Assembly: GCA_021613535.1 (NCBI GenBank)
Contig: CP075493.1
Location: forward strand, 15,128,001-15,192,000
DNA length: 64,000 bases
Direction: 5' to 3'
Source: Adineta vaga
Taxonomy: Eukaryota; Animalia; Rotifera
Shown here: in pieces, positions 12,573 to 23,977 of the stretch
How the letters are laid out: each line of letters begins with the position of its first letter
Numbering within the stretch: the first letter of the stretch is position 1
Notes under the pieces: model-generated
What the model was told of the DNA's origin: nothing
Database searches by the model: none
What the model saw: the letters and a program-made list of their open reading frames with translations, nothing else
Translations under genes and position numbers: made by a program

Positions 12573-14667
12573 TAAAATAAGACATTATCTCATGCATACG
12601 TAGGTTATACAGAAAGTTATGAGCAGGAGAAAAACTCGAGCCGTTTCCTTTCTACGAACTAGTCTCGGATGATAACTTTGATATAGACGTTTAGGAAGTA
12701 TACGCGAGTAATGGTAAATCTCTCTATCTCTTCTAACTAACACAAACAACATACTCAGTTTTACCATTACTTCGGTACAGCCGTTGCATTTCTTTATCAA
12801 AGCTGGTACTCAAAAGCAATTTGTCAACACTTCTTTGCTGAGGATAAAAAACGATGTCACAGCACTACTGACCTAGCCTGTGGCTGCGATTTCTGTTACT
12901 GATGAAGGGATACACACAAATATCAATCCGAATATGCAGTTTCCAAGATTAGTTTCGTTTTATTCCGGAGTTGGGATCCGTACAAGTACATCAGAGAAAA
13001 ACCTTTTACGTGGTTTTCAAGTACTTTGATATCTTATCATCGATTTCATTACTGATTATAGGTCTGTATATCATTTCTATTTCACAACTAAACCCGCATT
13101 TGCATTCCTCAACCTTCTCAAATCTTTTTGCGATGCGATGGTTAGAGCGATGCATGTTAGTGAAGAAGTAAAGTAATTAGAAAATCGGGTAGTCTCTGAC
13201 CTCAAGTCAACTCCTAATAATTATAAACATTCTTTTTCTCATCGATGGTACTACTAGTTATATTGAAAATCAGATGATCCCGCACAAGGATATGGATAAC
13301 TTTTCAGAATAAACAGAGACACAGAGTGCGTGAAAAACTACCTTTATTGTACTTAAGGTATAAGTAAATCTGTTTTTGAATGGTGTATCAGTATAGGTAG
13401 CAGTATTCTTTGTGAAGTACAAGTAAACGTATTTGCATCCTTCCTCTGCAGTAAAATCGTGTAGTAAACATCCAAAATGTTAGCCCTTAAAAATTCGGTC
13501 AACATTTTATACAATAAGAGTATTCTTCATTATGTCTTGGTGGTACGACCGCGATCTCTCGAAGTCGGGCTCGATAGCTTAGAATCTTTGAGTTTTATGT
13601 GAGAAAAGAGCTGATGAAAAGCGTTATATCGATAATTTTGATTAGTTCTTCGAAGACTACCATTCTCGATGGTCATTGTTCGGTTGCAGGGAAAAAATCA
13701 AATCTATCAATGCCAGACTGTACATAAATATATCAGATTCGTGTTTCCGACCGAGTTCGACCCAGCTATCGATCAGTCTAAGCTCCATATCGCATCTGAG
13801 CAAAAAAAATTTTCGGATCTTTTTCAGCATTTCGTAGAGCATGAAAACTTTCATTACATGTTCCCGAATCGCCCGGGACTGATCTCGTTTAAGGAAATAC
13901 CAGGCGACCTATTGTTGAATCCGAGATGTCATGATAAGCTATTTCTAACGCCTTTGCTACGTTAGCGTCTGAATCAATAAAAGATTTACACTATTTCGAA
14001 CATGTTCTTTTCTCCAATTCTCACACTTTATCTTCTGGTATTTTCGACAGAAAACATTTTTAATCTATCCTAGAGTTGTCTCAATAAATATCTATGGCAT
14101 CATTATTTCACTGAAGATGACCAACACTACAAACTCGACTCTGACTAACTTTTCAATGGTAGATTGAAATGAGCTAGAAAGTTGAATTTAGTAGTTTCTG
14201 AACTTGATCTCTCAAATTCATGTCAAATGTCGAAAATATTTTTTTTGTTCAGTGTCTCGACTAAATTAATTGGTGATGGCGAATTCCTCTAAACTTTTAA
14301 GAACAAAGACTGAAAGAGGAAAACATTTCTGTACAGAACTCGTTTACTGGAAACTGAAGCTATTTTGCGTTCTCGTGTAGGACTTAATAATGCTTCCTAA
14401 AATAGTCTAAAAACTGACTCTAGCAGTAAAAATTATAACGTTCGACTGAATCTGAAGTACTCACCTGCATCGTTTTGCTTTACACAAGAGCGAGTTTGTC
14501 GTCAAATGAGAAATTGAAAGTTATTAAATATTCTCTTATTCAGAGATAACATTACACATTTCTCGTCTTTCGACGAAGAAAAGATCACTTTTTCCAAATT
14601 CTTAGAAGCTGCTCGACGCTCGCTTATCTGTTTTTTATTGTCGGGTTATTTTTTGAATGGAAAAAGC

Positions 14668-14833
14668 TGTTATGTTCGCTATATCGAGATAGAAAGACGT
14701 GAGTGAATATAGTCCGTTAGAACATAACTGCCCGTTATCTTTATTTTCCAACAACTTATATAATAACAGTAACAAAGAGAAAATGAAAACGAAAGAAATA
14801 ACAAAATGTAGATAGATGTCATCAACTATAACA
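14668..14833 (-). repeat. 3' LTR
   Basis: TGTTATGTTCGC...CTATAACA; purine tract GGAACAGGAAGGG (minus strand, ~14834-14846) immediately upstream. Confidence 0.95.
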
Positions 14834-15025
14834 CCCTTCCTGTTCCAGAAAAAAAGGTTTTTAGTTAACAAAAAACTTTTTTTTGAAAGACTAGATGAAG
14901 AATTCGACAAAAGAATCTGACATTTCACGACTAGAAAATAACAATTTCAAATATCACAAAGAAAGAACACATAGGCACAGGAAAGGAGAGAAAGAAAGAG
15001 AAAATTAACACCGGCAGCTGGAAGA

Positions 15026-16903
15026 TCACCATCGGTATTTGTTTTTGTAATAATAAAAGCTTCGACGATTAAAGATGTTTGTTGCTAAATCATGTTCAGC
15101 TTGTCGTTGAGTATCTTCATTTCGTAAGCCCACTACCACGTCATCATTATCCTTCTTCATATGTACAAATGGTATTTGGTACAATCGAAGAATTTTTCGA
15201 ATCATAAATGCTTTGAATCGATAATAGGATTTTCTTCGTATTGGATGATCGAATCTGTGTTTCTTTTGTTGTCGAGCGTGTTTTCTGTTGTGTCGAATTT
15301 TTGCTGGTCGACTTCTTCTTTGATAAGCGGATTTTCGTTGAGATTCAGCTGGTTCATTCGATTCAATTTGTTGATCATCAATAATATCTTGAACATCTTG
15401 TATAACTAAAACTCCATCGGATTCAACTTGTTGATTTGTATCATCAGCAGCTGCTAATGTAATTGTTTCACGTGGACCATCAGGAATATTTTCAGGATCA
15501 AGTCGAGGTTCATCGACTGATCCCAATTTATGTTCAGCATCTAATGGCTCTACCAGTTGATGGAGATAAATTTCTTCATTTCCATCTTCATCCGATATAT
15601 CTTCTAAATCATCGTTCAATACTTTTCTAAATAATTGACCATCTATATTCTTGACTTTTTTCCCATTCCTTGTGTTACTGTTGTTGATGATTGATGAGGT
15701 AAATGGTGTTGTAGAAGATCTAAATGGTGCAGGTGTTGAAGATGGTATACATGAAGATGTTGGTAAAGCTAGAAATAATTCAACAAGATTAGTTTTTTCT
15801 AATTTTTCAAATGTCCAATATTCCATGACAGGTTTAACTAGATATGTTGTCGCCAAGCAATCATAAATCAAATAATTCGCCCATTTCTCTCGTGTTGAAC
15901 TTGATAATGGCGAGTGTTTTGGATCAATCGATGTAGACCAGTGATTAACGGTTATCGATTTGTCGATAAAAACATGAGCAACATAAGCCAATGCTAATTG
16001 CAGCGACCATTTTTCGGTTAATCGATATGGACTAGCTTCATGACATGTGCAGCTAGATAAAGAGTTGTTCATTCTTGTTGCTACAACAGTATCAACATGT
16101 TGATCATCCGACAGGTCACTTGTCCCGCATCGGGACAGTGCCCAATTATACCATGATGGAAATAATAATTGAATATTTCTTTGAGTTGCTTCAATTGGAT
16201 ATTTAAATAAATCATTGATTTTAATCAACGATAATTCGTAATCCATTGAGCCCCAAGAATAAATTGTATTAGTAGATCTAAAGATTAATTCAAACAATTG
16301 TTTAATCGTTACTTTACTCGATGAATCATTTGATGGCATGTGCTCGAGTTCGAATAGAATTACAAACATCGGCAGAACACGTGGTAATGATTGTACTTGG
16401 ATGATCACTACGTTGTTCGTAGCTTTTTCTCCTTCAGTATCAATGGTGAACTGATTACATTGCTTAACGTGATTAATTATCGTATGAATTTTATCACTGG
16501 TAGTATATTTATTAACATATTTTATCTCAAACATATCTGGTGGTACATGAAATGGTCTATATTTTTGTTGAAGTTGGAAATTTCTGTCCGCTTTTGCTGT
16601 TGTACGTTGTTGACTAAAAGATCGATGATATGGTGATGATGTTGATGGATGTTCAGGAGCCGATCGATGATATGGTGATGATGTTGATGGATGTTCACGA
16701 GCAGATCGATGATATGGTGATGATGTTGATGGATGTTCACGAGCAGATCGATGATATGGTGATGATGTTGATGGATGTTCACGAGCCGATCGATGATATG
16801 GTGATGATGTTGATGGATGTTCACGAGCAGATCGATGATATGGTGATGATGTTGATGAATGATGATAATGTGCTGGTGAATGTTGACGATGTGATCCAGA
16901 CAT
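15026..16903 (-). CDS. LTR element ORF3: DEDDy (RNase D-like) 3'-5' exonuclease with N-terminal 14-aa repeats and basic C-terminal domain
   Basis: ExoI FTIDTEG, ExoII WGSMDYE, ExoIII YLIYDCLAT; lies between pol and the 3' LTR in the same orientation. Confidence 0.8.
   Translation of the reverse strand: MSGSHRQHSPAHYHHSSTSSPYHRSAREHPSTSSPYHRSAREHPSTSSPYHRSAREHPSTSSPYHRSAREHPSTSSPYHRSAPEHPSTSSPYHRSFSQQRTTAKADRNFQLQQKYRPFHVPPDMFEIKYVNKYTTSDKIHTIINHVKQCNQFTIDTEGEKATNNVVIIQVQSLPRVLPMFVILFELEHMPSNDSSSKVTIKQLFELIFRSTNTIYSWGSMDYELSLIKINDLFKYPIEATQRNIQLLFPSWYNWALSRCGTSDLSDDQHVDTVVATRMNNSLSSCTCHEASPYRLTEKWSLQLALAYVAHVFIDKSITVNHWSTSIDPKHSPLSSSTREKWANYLIYDCLATTYLVKPVMEYWTFEKLEKTNLVELFLALPTSSCIPSSTPAPFRSSTTPFTSSIINNSNTRNGKKVKNIDGQLFRKVLNDDLEDISDEDGNEEIYLHQLVEPLDAEHKLGSVDEPRLDPENIPDGPRETITLAAADDTNQQVESDGVLVIQDVQDIIDDQQIESNEPAESQRKSAYQRRSRPAKIRHNRKHARQQKKHRFDHPIRRKSYYRFKAFMIRKILRLYQIPFVHMKKDNDDVVVGLRNEDTQRQAEHDLATNIFNRRSFYYYKNKYRW
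16620..16870. repeat. 42-bp coding tandem repeat (~6 copies; HPSTSSPYHRSARE)
   Basis: Unit gatcgatgatatggtgatgatgttgatggatgttcacgagca repeated directly. Confidence 0.95.
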
Positions 16904-16997
16904 AATAATGTTTATTTAAGAAAATATAATTCCCAAAGTAATAAATCAATAGATGAACAAATTTGACCAGATCGATCAGGAATTAAATAATCATGTC

Positions 16998-17087
16998 CAG
17001 GTTCACGAACAAATAAATGAATATAATCAGGTTCACGAACAAATAAATGAATATAATCAGGTTCACGAACAAATAAATGAATATAAT
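16998..17087. repeat. 30-bp tandem repeat x3 upstream of ORF3
   Basis: caggttcacgaacaaataaatgaatataat repeated three times. Confidence 0.9.
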
Positions 17088-18194
17088 GTAATAAACAAAT
17101 ACACTATATAATAATTCAAAATGTTTGTTCTTTCTTCCACTTAGTTCATAATAAGTAAGTCATATTCAACATAGATAAACATATAGTGTAATTCAATATA
17201 TGAAGATAGATTTTGAAGATAAACCATGATCTCGGTGAATAATTGAATTTTTCGATAGAAAGCCAAATAACAATGAAGATAGATGAGCAAGTAGATGAAT
17301 TGTTGGGAGAATTTGACCAATAACAATATAATTCAAATTCGAATAAACAACAATTGATAATGAATTTTTCGTACGAGATGAAGATGAAGGTGTAAGTGAA
17401 ACAATAAATCGATCCAACAAAAAGAAAATAATTCTTGATAAATAAACCAGATGTTCAAGTAAACGATTTAAATTGAATCGTTAATGAAGATTTAGATTTG
17501 AATTAAAAAATGTGTTGATGTATGTGAACGAATCTAAACATAAATAGAAATAATAAATAATTATGTGTGCAAGTAAACAAATGATTAATGTCAATGAACA
17601 ATGGAAATAAATAATAAATAATAAGCAAGTGAACCATGGATTATATCGATCAGTTCATTGTTAATTCATGGAATATAATTACTATTGATTGGCCGAAAAC
17701 TATCAGCGATAGCCATTGGTCAAGAGATGTGATCAATAGCCGTTGGTCATTCTGTTGGACGAAATTCACTTGTTACATAATGTTGATCATAGATGTCATT
17801 AACATCTTGATGAGTTAATCCTTAATCTGGTTGGCTCGACTCAGGAACGAATCTCGAAAGAAGGTTCCCATTCAATTTATTTCGTAAATTTTGATTTTTC
17901 ATTCCTAAATTTTAACCCTTTTCACAATTAATATTCTTGATATAACATTGATAATTCAGTGTGCACTTATTGAAATTTCAATGTACTTCATTTCTTGATA
18001 TTCCATATTGTTTTATATCAGTCGTTGCGCACCAACTAATTCAAATCAATACAAATATCATATGATGATTCATTTCCAATATTAACATGAAAATAATTAT
18101 CAATTAATAAATGATAATGGTGATAAAATCATCGATAAAAATACTTGTAAAAATATTAATAAAGATATTACTAAAATTATTGAAACATTTGGTT

Positions 18195-21100
18195 TTATTG
18201 ATTTGATTTCACGACATAAATGGGTCTAATATCATTTATGTGTACTTGTGTTTCAATTTGAGTTATTTCATCTTTAACGATATAAACAGGATGTTGATCA
18301 CGAATAATAATTTGTGGTGTTACTGAATATTTTGGTTCTAATTTATTCTTTAATCCATGTTTTCGAATCAAAACTCGATCATCAATTGAGTAATGAGGAT
18401 CAGAACGTTGTTTATCATAACGTGTTTTGTATTGATGTTGTCGATTCATAATGTTTTCGTGTGCATTCCGATGTATCAACTTCACATTTTTCTTCAATTG
18501 CTCATAATAATCGTTTGGCTTTCGAAATGTAAATGCTGATGTTGGTCGATCTGCAGGTAATCTTGGTTCTCGTCCAAATAATAATTCAAATGGTGAATAT
18601 TGAGTTGTCGAATGGCATCCAGTATTATATGCAAATACTACTGGTGCTAAAAATTCATCCCAATTATTGTTTTCTCTGTCTTGAAGTTTGGCAATCTGTG
18701 GAATAAATGTAGCATTAAATCGTTCCACCATTCCATTCGATTGCGGGTGATATGTAGTTGAATACGTGTGGTTATATCCAACTAAATTTGACATCGCTTC
18801 CATCAATTGATTGTGGAAGTGTGTTCCTTGATCGGATAATATAACTGCCGGTACCCCGTATTTGCAAATATATTCATTAAATAATGTTTCAGCAGTTGTT
18901 TGTGCTGAGCAATCAGGTACAGCAACAGCCACTATCCATCTTGTAAAGTAATCTGTAATGCATAATACATATTGATTTCCGCGAGGTGTTTGCTTAAGTG
19001 GACCACAATAGTCTATTCCGATTAATTGAAACGGTCCTTCAGGTGGAGGAATTGGTTGTAATCGACCAGGTTTCTTCAATCGACTAACATTGTATTGTTG
19101 ACAAGGTAAACATGATTGTATATATTGAGTAATCGACTGCTTCATATTTGGCCACCAAAATCTATTTTTGATCTTTAAATATGTTCTTTGAACACCAAAA
19201 TGTCCACTGAGTGGATGACTATGATAGATTTGAAGAATATTCTGTATCATAGATGAAGGTAAATAAATTACTTTCTTCTTCGTATTACAACTAACATGCA
19301 TCATTAATAATTTGTATAATAAACCATCTTTTACTTCATAAGAGCTTGCACCTGGATTCTTCTTGACTTCCACGATTTTCTGCTGAATAATTTGATCTTT
19401 TTCTTGTTCAATTTTCAATTGTTCCATATCGAATTCTTTTTTCTCACCATCTTGAGATGGAGAATCTTTCTTTTCATCGGTTTCTTCTATTGCAATTGAT
19501 GATGGTGTTTTCTTTTTCTTTGTTGGTACGCTTGTTGTTGAATGTTGATCTTGTGTTAATTGTAATTTCTTTGTTTTTGATCTTGTTACAACAGCTCCAG
19601 CTAGTGGAGGAATTCCATCAGGAACACGTCCGATATCAGTCGGTTCCCCTAGGTTTCGTCGAATAATACCATAATCTTCATCAAATATTTCTTCTTCTCT
19701 CCGAATCGGATTACGAGATAGATAATCAGCTAAACAATTATGTTGACCTTTGATGTGAATAATTTTTTCGATGTTAAATTCTTGTAATAATATTGATATA
19801 CGATCAACTCTTCGATTCTTCACACTCGAATTCATCATGTTACATAATGGACAATGATCAGTGTAAATAATAATTGATCTTCCTATTAAATAAGGTCGCA
19901 TACGTTGAAAACACATCCATATTGCTAATGCTTCTAGTTCAATTGGATCATATCTTCTTTGGGTGGAAGATGTTACTTGTGAATGATAATAAAGATTCTT
20001 AATTTCACCATTAATGTTTTGCTGTAAGGTTCCTCCAATACCAAGTTTCGATGCATCCGTTGTCAAGATAACTGGATAATTATCATTCGGATAATCGAGA
20101 AATAATGGTGTTGTTGTTAGAAATTGTTTCAATCGTAGGAATGCTTCATGTTGTGGTTCTTGCCATTTGAAATTTTTCCTATTTTCTTTGGTTAAATTTG
20201 TTACTTTATGTATAGGTGCAGCTATAGATGCAAACTGAGGAATGAACTTCCTATACCATGATAAAGCTCCCAGGAACTTATTTGCTTCTACTAATGTAGA
20301 AGGTTCCCTTAAATTCATAATTGATTGTATTCTTTCGTTATTTGGTTGAAAACCTTCTTCTGATATAATATGAGATAAATAATCGATTTTCCGATGGAAG
20401 AATTTGCATTTCGGTGGATTCAGTTGAAAATTATATTTGGATAACACATATAATAATTGTCGTATGTGATCGAGATGTTCTTCGAATGAATGAGAGAATA
20501 CGACTATATCATCAATATAAACTAATGAAAATTCTCGACAAGGTTTTAAAATATCTGCCATAACTCTTTGAAATGATGGTGGACTATTCTTCAATCCTTG
20601 AGCTAATACATTCCATTCATATAAACCATCAGCAGTAATAAATGCTGTTTTATGTTTATCTTCTTCTTTGATTGGTATCTGCCAAAATCCACTCTTCATA
20701 TCTAATTTGGAGAAGAATTTGTAACCACTACCTAATCTTCGTATTGTTTGTTCCATGTTTGGTAATGGATGATTATCTTTAATTGTGATGTTGTTTAATT
20801 TCTTGTAATCAACCACCATACGCCATGATCCATCATGTTTAGCTACCAGTAATGCTGGTGCTGCGTATGGAGAATAAGATTTCCGAATTAAACCATGATA
20901 TAATAGTTCCTGAACGAGCTTGTACATTTCTTCTTCTTTGTGAGGAGTTGAATAATATGGTCTTGATGATGGTGGTGGATGATCAAGTGTTTTAATTTCA
21001 TGTAGCTTCACATTAATAGCTATTGCAGGTTTGCTTGTATCGAGAAGTTTTTCATGTTGATGGAGGATCGTCTCGATTTCTTCTCTTTGTGTTGAATTGG

Positions 21101-21887
21101 TAATGTGTCGAGTTAACTTGTTGATGTTGTCGTTAACTAGCTGACGATCAATAGATGTACATTTGTTAAAGGATAATGCAGGAACTGTTGTTGTACCAAG
21201 TATGAGACCTTTTGGTACAGTATAAGAATATGATGTTGGATTATATATTGAAATATGTGATGTCTGTTGATTGACAATTGCTATATTGTTTAATAAAATC
21301 ATTGGTGATCGTCGTGATAATTCATATGATGGACGAAATGAAACCTTGGCTGATGATATTCCTACATTAACTGGTATTGAAACTGTTCTCCTTGGTGGAA
21401 TATAAGTATGGCGAATTGTTCGCGCTGGATAACGAATTTCTTCTTGATTAACATCGAATTGTAATGATATACGTTTTTCGTTATCACATATTGATATAAC
21501 CCGATCATTGGCATTGATTATAACTTTATATTTACTAATAAAATCCATTCCTAATATACATTCAGTACATAAATCTTTCACTAAATATGCTCTAATCGAA
21601 GTTGTCATATCACCTATAACAATATGTAAATCTAAAGTACCTAAGATAGAAATGGATGATTGTCCATCAGCCAAAGATGCACTCTTATGTTTTCGATTAA
21701 TAAATTGTTTACTATTTAACGTAGGTAATGCTTGTAAGGAAATAAAAGTTCGGTTTGCGCCTGTATCAATCATTGCTTTCATACATTTATTATTTATAAG
21801 AACATCAAGATAAAGCAATGATGTGTTTAATGTCGATGGATTGTCATGTAAAGTTTTGGAAGCAACACCATCGACCGATGCTTCCAT
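18195..21887 (-). CDS. pol: Ty3/Gypsy pol polyprotein
   Basis: Protease MIDTGA; RT YIDDIV; RNase H TDAS/ELEALAI/YTDH; integrase HHCC and GIDYCGP/SDQG/VERFN. First ATG (MEASVDG) at 21887. Confidence 0.97.
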   Translation of the reverse strand: MEASVDGVASKTLHDNPSTLNTSLLYLDVLINNKCMKAMIDTGANRTFISLQALPTLNSKQFINRKHKSASLADGQSSISILGTLDLHIVIGDMTTSIRAYLVKDLCTECILGMDFISKYKVIINANDRVISICDNEKRISLQFDVNQEEIRYPARTIRHTYIPPRRTVSIPVNVGISSAKVSFRPSYELSRRSPMILLNNIAIVNQQTSHISIYNPTSYSYTVPKGLILGTTTVPALSFNKCTSIDRQLVNDNINKLTRHITNSTQREEIETILHQHEKLLDTSKPAIAINVKLHEIKTLDHPPPSSRPYYSTPHKEEEMYKLVQELLYHGLIRKSYSPYAAPALLVAKHDGSWRMVVDYKKLNNITIKDNHPLPNMEQTIRRLGSGYKFFSKLDMKSGFWQIPIKEEDKHKTAFITADGLYEWNVLAQGLKNSPPSFQRVMADILKPCREFSLVYIDDIVVFSHSFEEHLDHIRQLLYVLSKYNFQLNPPKCKFFHRKIDYLSHIISEEGFQPNNERIQSIMNLREPSTLVEANKFLGALSWYRKFIPQFASIAAPIHKVTNLTKENRKNFKWQEPQHEAFLRLKQFLTTTPLFLDYPNDNYPVILTTDASKLGIGGTLQQNINGEIKNLYYHSQVTSSTQRRYDPIELEALAIWMCFQRMRPYLIGRSIIIYTDHCPLCNMMNSSVKNRRVDRISILLQEFNIEKIIHIKGQHNCLADYLSRNPIRREEEIFDEDYGIIRRNLGEPTDIGRVPDGIPPLAGAVVTRSKTKKLQLTQDQHSTTSVPTKKKKTPSSIAIEETDEKKDSPSQDGEKKEFDMEQLKIEQEKDQIIQQKIVEVKKNPGASSYEVKDGLLYKLLMMHVSCNTKKKVIYLPSSMIQNILQIYHSHPLSGHFGVQRTYLKIKNRFWWPNMKQSITQYIQSCLPCQQYNVSRLKKPGRLQPIPPPEGPFQLIGIDYCGPLKQTPRGNQYVLCITDYFTRWIVAVAVPDCSAQTTAETLFNEYICKYGVPAVILSDQGTHFHNQLMEAMSNLVGYNHTYSTTYHPQSNGMVERFNATFIPQIAKLQDRENNNWDEFLAPVVFAYNTGCHSTTQYSPFELLFGREPRLPADRPTSAFTFRKPNDYYEQLKKNVKLIHRNAHENIMNRQHQYKTRYDKQRSDPHYSIDDRVLIRKHGLKNKLEPKYSVTPQIIIRDQHPVYIVKDEITQIETQVHINDIRPIYVVKSNQ

Positions 21888-23404
21888 TACTGAAAATGGG
21901 GACGGGTACAATCTCGGGCATAATGGCCGAAAGTACCACAATTAAAACAAGCATTCGATCGTTGTGTTGATTTGGTGTACTTCGAAAATTTATTCTGACG
22001 ATTTGCATTATTTCCACCTGATGTGTTTCGATTGTAAGTTGTACGAGTCTGTGCTGTATTCCCATATTGAGAATTCTGATCAAATGTATCATTAGATGTT
22101 CGTTGGAAGGTTGTTTGATTTGATGATTGTTTTTGATAAGTGGCTGCATTTATGATGGTAAAATCATTGTCGACTAATTCATTACTTGTACTTGTGAGTG
22201 ATAATACATCTTCAATCTTCCTCGCTGATGATAAGAATGCTGCTGATGTTTGAGGATCTTGTAATGCAACATGTGTCTTCAATGATTGTTTAATTCCAGC
22301 CATTAAATATTTCAATTTCAAAGAATCAGGCATTGCAGAATCAACTTTTTTACATAATTCAATAATTTTGTCATAGTATTGTGTAATAGATTGATTAACT
22401 GTTTGTTCGTACCATTTCAATTGTTCAAATGCTAATTCTTGTGCTCGTGTTGAACCAAACGCTTGTGTAACTGCATTTGTAAATGAAGACCAAGTTTTAA
22501 TTGTTGAAGATGTTTGTATCCACCATCGATAAGCATCATCTTGTAGATGTATGGATATGTAATGTAATTTATTTTCATCACTCCATTGTGCCATTGCAAA
22601 TCGTTGTTCTAATTTATCCAACCATTCATGTACATCATCTTGCGATCCACGAAAATATGTTGGTCGTTTAATAATCTCATCTGCCATAGTTCGTTGTAAG
22701 TGTGATGTAGATGAATTGTCAGGTACAGCCGATATTGAACCAACTGTACCCTCTGTAATATTTTCCTTCAATAATGTTGTTGATGAATATTGTTGAAGAA
22801 GCATCTTGCTAAATTTTTCAAAATTAAAAATTGTTTCTGCATGTTCAGCATACCATAAATAAGCATCTTCTTCTAATAATAAAGGTACAGCTACAAATTG
22901 ATCAGCTCGTCTTAAACCAGTTTCCTTAAATTTATTCATGGTTTGTAACAGCCAAATTTTTGCATCACCAATACCGGAATATTTGTTGAATTTCGTGTCG
23001 ATTAGTTCCTCTAACATAACCGACTCAGTATGACTTACCATTGAACTATCTGTAGTCGAAATATTCACCGGATTTATCTTGTGGTCAGATGCATATTGTT
23101 TCAGTCGTTCACAAAAACATGTCCAATCTTCATTAATTTCAATTTTATTTTTATCATACCATGCTTTTTGATCGACATTCAGATGTGCAACAACATTAAT
23201 TAAACGTTGTGATGATGAATACTTCCAACCATCATAAAATGTGTTTAACGTGGATAACCATTTATCTATCTCAGATGAATCTTTTTCACCTAGACTATGA
23301 ATATGTCTTCGTACCATTTCTTGATCATAGGACTGCTGTTCTTGTGACGTCATAACTGCTTTGTTTGTGATAGCCATTCTTTCTTCTTCTGTGGTATCCA
23401 TCAT
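21887..23404 (-). CDS. gag: Ty3/Gypsy gag
   Basis: Capsid-like segments, MHR-like YEQTVNQSITQYYDKI, zinc knuckle CFNCGTFGHYARDC. Confidence 0.93.
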   Translation of the reverse strand: MMDTTEEERMAITNKAVMTSQEQQSYDQEMVRRHIHSLGEKDSSEIDKWLSTLNTFYDGWKYSSSQRLINVVAHLNVDQKAWYDKNKIEINEDWTCFCERLKQYASDHKINPVNISTTDSSMVSHTESVMLEELIDTKFNKYSGIGDAKIWLLQTMNKFKETGLRRADQFVAVPLLLEEDAYLWYAEHAETIFNFEKFSKMLLQQYSSTTLLKENITEGTVGSISAVPDNSSTSHLQRTMADEIIKRPTYFRGSQDDVHEWLDKLEQRFAMAQWSDENKLHYISIHLQDDAYRWWIQTSSTIKTWSSFTNAVTQAFGSTRAQELAFEQLKWYEQTVNQSITQYYDKIIELCKKVDSAMPDSLKLKYLMAGIKQSLKTHVALQDPQTSAAFLSSARKIEDVLSLTSTSNELVDNDFTIINAATYQKQSSNQTTFQRTSNDTFDQNSQYGNTAQTRTTYNRNTSGGNNANRQNKFSKYTKSTQRSNACFNCGTFGHYARDCTRPHFQ

Positions 23405-23554
23405 GAATATATTATCAGATCAAAATGTGAGTGGATACTATGTAGATTCGAATGTGCAACGACGACAGAATCTACTCCTAATAAAGAAGGATTCCTTCTT
23501 CAAGATTTTGTAGTTGTTTCCGAATTTAAAGAGATAATTAAACCTCTTTACAAA

Positions 23555-23566
23555 CCGCTGTCACCA
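23555..23566 (-). promoter_or_regulatory. Primer binding site (TGGTGACAGCGG), resembles tRNA-Leu-type PBS
   Basis: TGG-starting motif 1 nt downstream of the 5' LTR; tRNA identity from recall only. Confidence 0.75.
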
Positions 23567-23567
23567 C

Positions 23568-23733
23568 TGTTATGTTCGCTATATCGAGATAGAAAGACGT
23601 GAGTGAATATAGTCCGTTAGAACATAACTGCCCGTTATCTTTATTTTCCAACAACTTATATAATAACAGTAACAAAGAGAAAATGAAAACGAAAGAAATA
23701 ACAAAATGTAGATAGATGTCATCAACTATAACA
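23568..23733 (-). repeat. 5' LTR
   Basis: Identical by eye to 14668-14833. Confidence 0.95.
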
Positions 23734-23903
23734 AAAGCCAACATAGAAAGATAAGGAATCGAAAAGTCATTCTGATGAATTCGATATCAGTAGGAAACGG
23801 TAGTAGTATCAATCGTCGACAAATTGTTGCCAACAACATTTCGTCGACAAGACATTTCATTGCCTAATATTAGAGGAGACATTATTGATGTTCAATGAGT
23901 AAT

Positions 23904-23977
23904 CATCTTGAGAGTGTGCGTGGGTGTGGGTGTGTATGTTAATATTACATCTATCTAACACCCACACCCACACCCTC
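23904..23977. repeat. Inverted telomere-like cassette
   Basis: CATCTTGAGAGTGTGCGTGGGTGTGGGTGT ... ACACCCACACCCACACCCTC. Confidence 0.88.

Larger units (their letters stand above)
14668..23733 (-). mobile_element. Full-length young Ty3/Gypsy LTR retrotransposon (gag, pol, extra DEDDy exonuclease ORF)
   Basis: Two 166-bp TG...CA LTRs identical by eye; 5-bp TSD AAAGC (14663-14667, 23734-23738); PBS and PPT present; domain order PR-RT-RH-IN. Confidence 0.97.

Noticed and set aside
13488-14050. GC-richer stretch with ORF 13669..13965, possible transposon relic
   Set aside because: No TIR, TSD or protein motif identified.
16522-16905. His-rich and Met/Asp-rich ORFs (16522..16824 -, 16630..16905 +)
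   Set aside because: Alternative frames of the stop-free 42-bp repeat inside ORF3.
16620-17087. CRISPR-like appearance of regular repeats
   Set aside because: Head-to-tail tandem units without unique spacers, no cas genes, eukaryotic context.
17141-17818. Possible env-like ORF between pol and ORF3
   Set aside because: Only short AT-rich hydrophobic ORFs; no furin site or continuous frame.
14635-23744. Hydrophobic ORFs 14635..14928 and 23538..23744
   Set aside because: Both are translations of the LTR sequence itself.
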